A stretch of 64,000 bases of DNA, taken from NCBI GenBank assembly GCA_043745805.1, contig JAYTSD010000001.1, forward strand, positions 128,001 through 192,000, written 5' to 3'. The position numbers and the translations under genes are program-made. Position 1 is the first letter of the stretch. The number at the start of each line of letters is the position of its first letter. The DNA is from Fibrobacteria bacterium (GTDB lineage Bacteria; Fibrobacterota; Fibrobacteria; UBA11236). Positions 60,417-64,000 of this stretch are shown piece after piece. The notes beneath the pieces are model-generated. The model did not search any database. It was given only the letters and a program-made list of their open reading frames with translations, and was not told the origin of the DNA.

Positions 60417-63400
60417 ATGCCGGATCTCAAATTATTCCACCCTTGCGTACAAACTTGGTTTCGTAAAACCTTAGGGACACCGACTCCTGTTCAAGCGCAA
60501 GCATGGCCGCAAATACAAGCAGGCCGCAATACTTTAATCGCAGCACCTACAGGTTCCGGAAAAACCTTAGCCGCTTTTTTAGCGGTGATCGATAATTTGT
60601 TAAGACGCGCTTGGGAACAAGATTTACCCGACAAAACTTTGGTCCTGTATGTTTCTCCGTTGAAAGCTTTAAGCAATGATATAGACAAAAACCTGCAAAG
60701 GCCATTACGGGGTATTGAAGAAGAAGCTTTATCCTTGGGTTTACATCATATTGATATTCGCACGGCGGTGCGCACAGGGGATACGCCTTCATCGGAGCGG
60801 CAAGCTATGTTAAAGCGGCCACCGCATATATTGATTAGTACGCCAGAATCGCTTTTTGTTTTACTCACTAGCGAGGGAGGACGTCGCATGTTACGTCACG
60901 TAGAAACCGTGATTGTCGACGAAATCCATGCCATGGTGGGGGATAAGCGCGGATCGCATCTCGCTTTATCTTTAGAGCGTTTACAAACATTAACCGAAAA
61001 GCCGTTGACTAGGATTGGGCTTTCGGCTACGCAAAAACCCATTGAAACAGTCGCTCAATTTTTGATCGGCAGTCACATACAAGCTACGTCAATTCCTTGT
61101 GCAATTATTGATACCGGCCATCGTCGCCAACTCGATTTGGGCGTTGAAGTTCCTGCCTCGCCACTTTCGGCAGTGATGGCCATGGAAGTATGGGACGAAG
61201 TGTATGCACGCATGGAGCAGCTTATTCAAGAGCATCGTACCACATTATTATTTGTCAATACGCGACGCTTAGCGGAAAGAGTAGCGCATCGTTTAAGCCA
61301 AAGTTTAGGTGAAGAATTTGTGGCTGCACATCATGGCAGTCTTTCTAAAGAACGTCGACTCGATGCCGAACAACGCTTAAAAAATGGATCGTTAAAAGTA
61401 CTCGTGGCTACAGCCTCTTTAGAACTCGGTATTGATATTGGGGAAGTGGATTTGGTTTTGCAAATCGGTTGCCCAAAATCCATAGCTGCTTTTTTACAGA
61501 GAGTGGGACGCTCTGGTCATACGGTAACCGGAACTCCCAAGGGCAGATTATTTCCTTTAACACGTGATGAATTATGCGAAGCGGCTACTTTGCTCGATGC
61601 GGTGCGACGAGGGGAGCTTGATCAATTGCGCATGCCAGAAAAACCTTTAGATATATTAGCGCAACAAATCGCCGCCGAAGTGGCTTGTCAAGAATGGGGC
61701 GAGGAAGAATTGTTTCAATTGACTCGCCAAGCTTATCCTTATCGAAATTTAGAACGCAAAGAATTTGATGAAGTGGTAGAAATGCTCGCCCAAGGCTTTA
61801 CTACTCGGCGAGGACGACGTGGGGCTTTAATTCATCATGATGCTATTAATGGCCGCCTGCGTGCGCGTCCCGGCGCAAGGCTTACGGCTTTAACTAATGG
61901 AGGCGCCATTCCCGACGCCTTTGATTATGAAGTGCGTCTCGATCCCGAAAATGTTTTACTGGGAAGTATCAATGAAGATTTTGCCATTGAAAGTATGCCC
62001 GGCGATATTTTTTTATTAGGCAATCGCTCTTGGTTAATTCAACGCGTAGAATCCAGTATTGTGCGCGTTACGGATGCACATGGCCAGTCGCCAACTATTC
62101 CTTTTTGGTTGGGTGAAGCGCCCGGACGGAGTACAGAATTTTCTTTTGCGCTTGCACGCCTACGTGAAGAAATAGGAAATCGATTAGGCCCATTGCTGGA
62201 GTTGAAAAATATCTTGGCTGAAAATGAAGCTAACCAAGAGTGGAAGGTGCCGGGTCTTGATTGGCTGCAAAATACTTTAGGCTTAAATGCGTCCGCAGCG
62301 GATCAACTATTAGAATATATTACTTCGTCGGCGCTTGCTTTAGGCGTTATGCCTACGCAAAAAACTTTGGTGCTGGAAAGATTTTTTGATACCGCAGGGG
62401 ATATGCATGTCGTTTTGCATTCGCCCTTTGGCAGTCGTATGAATCGGGCTTGGGGGCTTTCTTTACGCAAAAGATTTTGTCGTAAATTTAATTTTGAATT
62501 GCAGGCGGCTGCCACGGAAGATGCGATTATTCTTTCTTTAGGAGGCACGCATAGTTTTGCTTTGGAAGAAGTTTTTCAATATTTACGCGCACAATCGGTA
62601 CGGGAAATATTGATCCAGGCTATGCTCGTAGCGCCCATGTTTCAGGTACGTTGGCGCTGGAATGCCAGTCGTTCCTTAGCGCTTCCGCGTTTTCGTAATG
62701 GCAAAAAAGTGCCACCTCAATTACAGCGAATGGGTGCCGAAGATTTAATCGCTTGGGTATTCCCCGATCAAATCGCTTGCCCTGAAAATTTGGAGGGTGA
62801 AAGAGAAATTCCTGATCATCCTTTGGTACGTCAAACCATTCATGATTGTTTAACCGAAGCGATGGACATTGAAAAATTAGAAGCGGTTTTATTGTCCATC
62901 GAAAAACAAGAATTAAATTTAGTGGCGGTAGATTTAAAAGAACCCTCACCCTTGGCCCAAGAAATTATTAATGCGCGACCTTATGCTTTTTTGGATGATG
63001 CGCCTTTAGAAGAAAGACGGACACGTGCCATACAAAGTCGACGCTATCTCGATCCTAAGGATGCCTCGGATTTAGGTAAACTCGATAGCGAAGCTATACA
63101 AGGTGTACAAGCGGAAGCTTGGCCGCAACCACGCAATGCGGAAGAATTACATGATGCTTTATTGTTAATGGGGTTTGCCACTGAAGCCGAAATGAATGCG
63201 GGTACTTGGGACGCATGGATTCCAGAATTACAAATACAAAATCGTTTGGCACGAGGTACTTTTAAAGTTACGGGTCAAATTTTTTATTTGGCAGCTGAAC
63301 GAATACCGGCTTTTGAAGCTTTCGTCCTTAATGAAAGTTTGAGTGTGAGTTTGAATTGGGAATGGCTGCTTAAACCAAGTTTACCGGAACGCCTTGCACA

Positions 63401-64000
63401 AGAAATTTGGACTTCCGAAAAAGCCGTCGTGGAAATTTTACGCGGCCGCATGGAGACCTTAGGGCCGGTAACTTTGGATCAATTAGCACAAGCTTTTCCT
63501 GCGTCGCACTCCCTAATTCAACAAACGATGCTAGCCTTGGAAAATGAAGGTTTTGTGTTACGGGGTTACTTTGCAGCGAATGCCGGAGAGCAATGGTGTG
63601 AAAGACGTTTATTGGCGCGCATCCATCGTTATACTTTAAATCGCTTGCGCAAAGAAATTGAACCGGTTTCCATTGCCCAGTATATGCGGTTTTTAATAGA
63701 CTGGCATCATTTAGGCAATGCTGGAAAACCCGCAGGTCCCGATGCCCTAGCCGCTATAATTGCACAAATGGAAGGTTATGAAGCACCTGCTACCGCTTGG
63801 GAAAGTCATTTATTTCCTGCGCGTTTATTGGTTTATGAATCTTTATGGTTGGATATACAATGCTTAGGCGGCGAAACCTTATGGGGACGTATGCGCAGTG
63901 CTATTGAACGCGCCACGGAAACAAAAAAATCCGGCCCTATTCGCACTACTCCCATTGCTTTTTTTTCGCGTGCCCATTGGCCACTGTGGCAAAATAGGGA
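60417..64000 (+). CDS. lhr: Lhr-family DEAD/H helicase; 3' end runs off the window
   Basis: My own translation from ATG 60417: [15 protein letters not shown]...[52 protein letters not shown]. Confidence 0.93.
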   Translation, partial: MPDLKLFHPCVQTWFRKTLGTPTPVQAQAWPQIQAGRNTLIAAPTGSGKTLAAFLAVIDNLLRRAWEQDLPDKTLVLYVSPLKALSNDIDKNLQRPLRGIEEEALSLGLHHIDIRTAVRTGDTPSSERQAMLKRPPHILISTPESLFVLLTSEGGRRMLRHVETVIVDEIHAMVGDKRGSHLALSLERLQTLTEKPLTRIGLSATQKPIETVAQFLIGSHIQATSIPCAIIDTGHRRQLDLGVEVPASPLSAVMAMEVWDEVYARMEQLIQEHRTTLLFVNTRRLAERVAHRLSQSLGEEFVAAHHGSLSKERRLDAEQRLKNGSLKVLVATASLELGIDIGEVDLVLQIGCPKSIAAFLQRVGRSGHTVTGTPKGRLFPLTRDELCEAATLLDAVRRGELDQLRMPEKPLDILAQQIAAEVACQEWGEEELFQLTRQAYPYRNLERKEFDEVVEMLAQGFTTRRGRRGALIHHDAINGRLRARPGARLTALTNGGAIPDAFDYEVRLDPENVLLGSINEDFAIESMPGDIFLLGNRSWLIQRVESSIVRVTDAHGQSPTIPFWLGEAPGRSTEFSFALARLREEIGNRLGPLLELKNILAENEANQEWKVPGLDWLQNTLGLNASAADQLLEYITSSALALGVMPTQKTLVLERFFDTAGDMHVVLHSPFGSRMNRAWGLSLRKRFCRKFNFELQAAATEDAIILSLGGTHSFALEEVFQYLRAQSVREILIQAMLVAPMFQVRWRWNASRSLALPRFRNGKKVPPQLQRMGAEDLIAWVFPDQIACPENLEGEREIPDHPLVRQTIHDCLTEAMDIEKLEAVLLSIEKQELNLVAVDLKEPSPLAQEIINARPYAFLDDAPLEERRTRAIQSRRYLDPKDASDLGKLDSEAIQGVQAEAWPQPRNAEELHDALLLMGFATEAEMNAGTWDAWIPELQIQNRLARGTFKVTGQIFYLAAERIPAFEAFVLNESLSVSLNWEWLLKPSLPERLAQEIWTSEKAVVEILRGRMETLGPVTLDQLAQAFPASHSLIQQTMLALENEGFVLRGYFAANAGEQWCERRLLARIHRYTLNRLRKEIEPVSIAQYMRFLIDWHHLGNAGKPAGPDALAAIIAQMEGYEAPATAWESHLFPARLLVYESLWLDIQCLGGETLWGRMRSAIERATETKKSGPIRTTPIAFFSRAHWPLWQNR

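Noticed and set aside
1-64000. Many short ORF-track entries antisense to or nested in long genes (e.g. 688-975, 4198-4788, 29879-30289, 57784-58113, 62303-62548)
   Set aside because: They are shadow frames of well-supported genes and have no recognisable motifs.
1-64000. CRISPR array, tRNA/rRNA, IS element or integrase
   Set aside because: I saw no regularly spaced repeats, RNA gene signatures or transposase/recombinase motifs.

Overview
AT-rich bacterial chromosomal segment, all protein-coding. I found no rRNA, tRNA, CRISPR array, transposase or prophage. The gene content (PorV-type barrel, TtpC-type TonB operon, flgM and chemotaxis genes) suggests a flagellated FCB-group organism, possibly Fibrobacterota (inference). 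In order along the window: (1) a TetR-controlled TonB-dependent receptor operon with a Cys-rich lipoprotein and a TonB2-like energizer set; (2) a PorV-like barrel with a large propeller/LysM-like insert; (3) a sigma54-type promoter ahead of a MerR-like gene and two giant GT2/TPR glycosyltransferases, next to flgM; (4) a signalling block with a hybrid kinase, cheY-cheR-cheX and a broken porin gene; (5) an operon joining a chemoreceptor to a MauG-type diheme enzyme, a cupredoxin and a cytochrome P460-family protein; (6) a histidine kinase with an FG-GAP/ASPIC-UnbV ectodomain plus a sigma54 activator, flanked by two sigma54-type promoters with related upstream palindromes; (7) tldD/pmbA, ABC systems, MarR-pirin-nitroreductase, a toxin-antitoxin pair and lhr. 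The best candidates for undescribed systems are (6) and (5). Several repressor or TA genes look leaderless, and one gene appears to need a CTG start. All family calls come from motif recognition by eye; no database searches were run.
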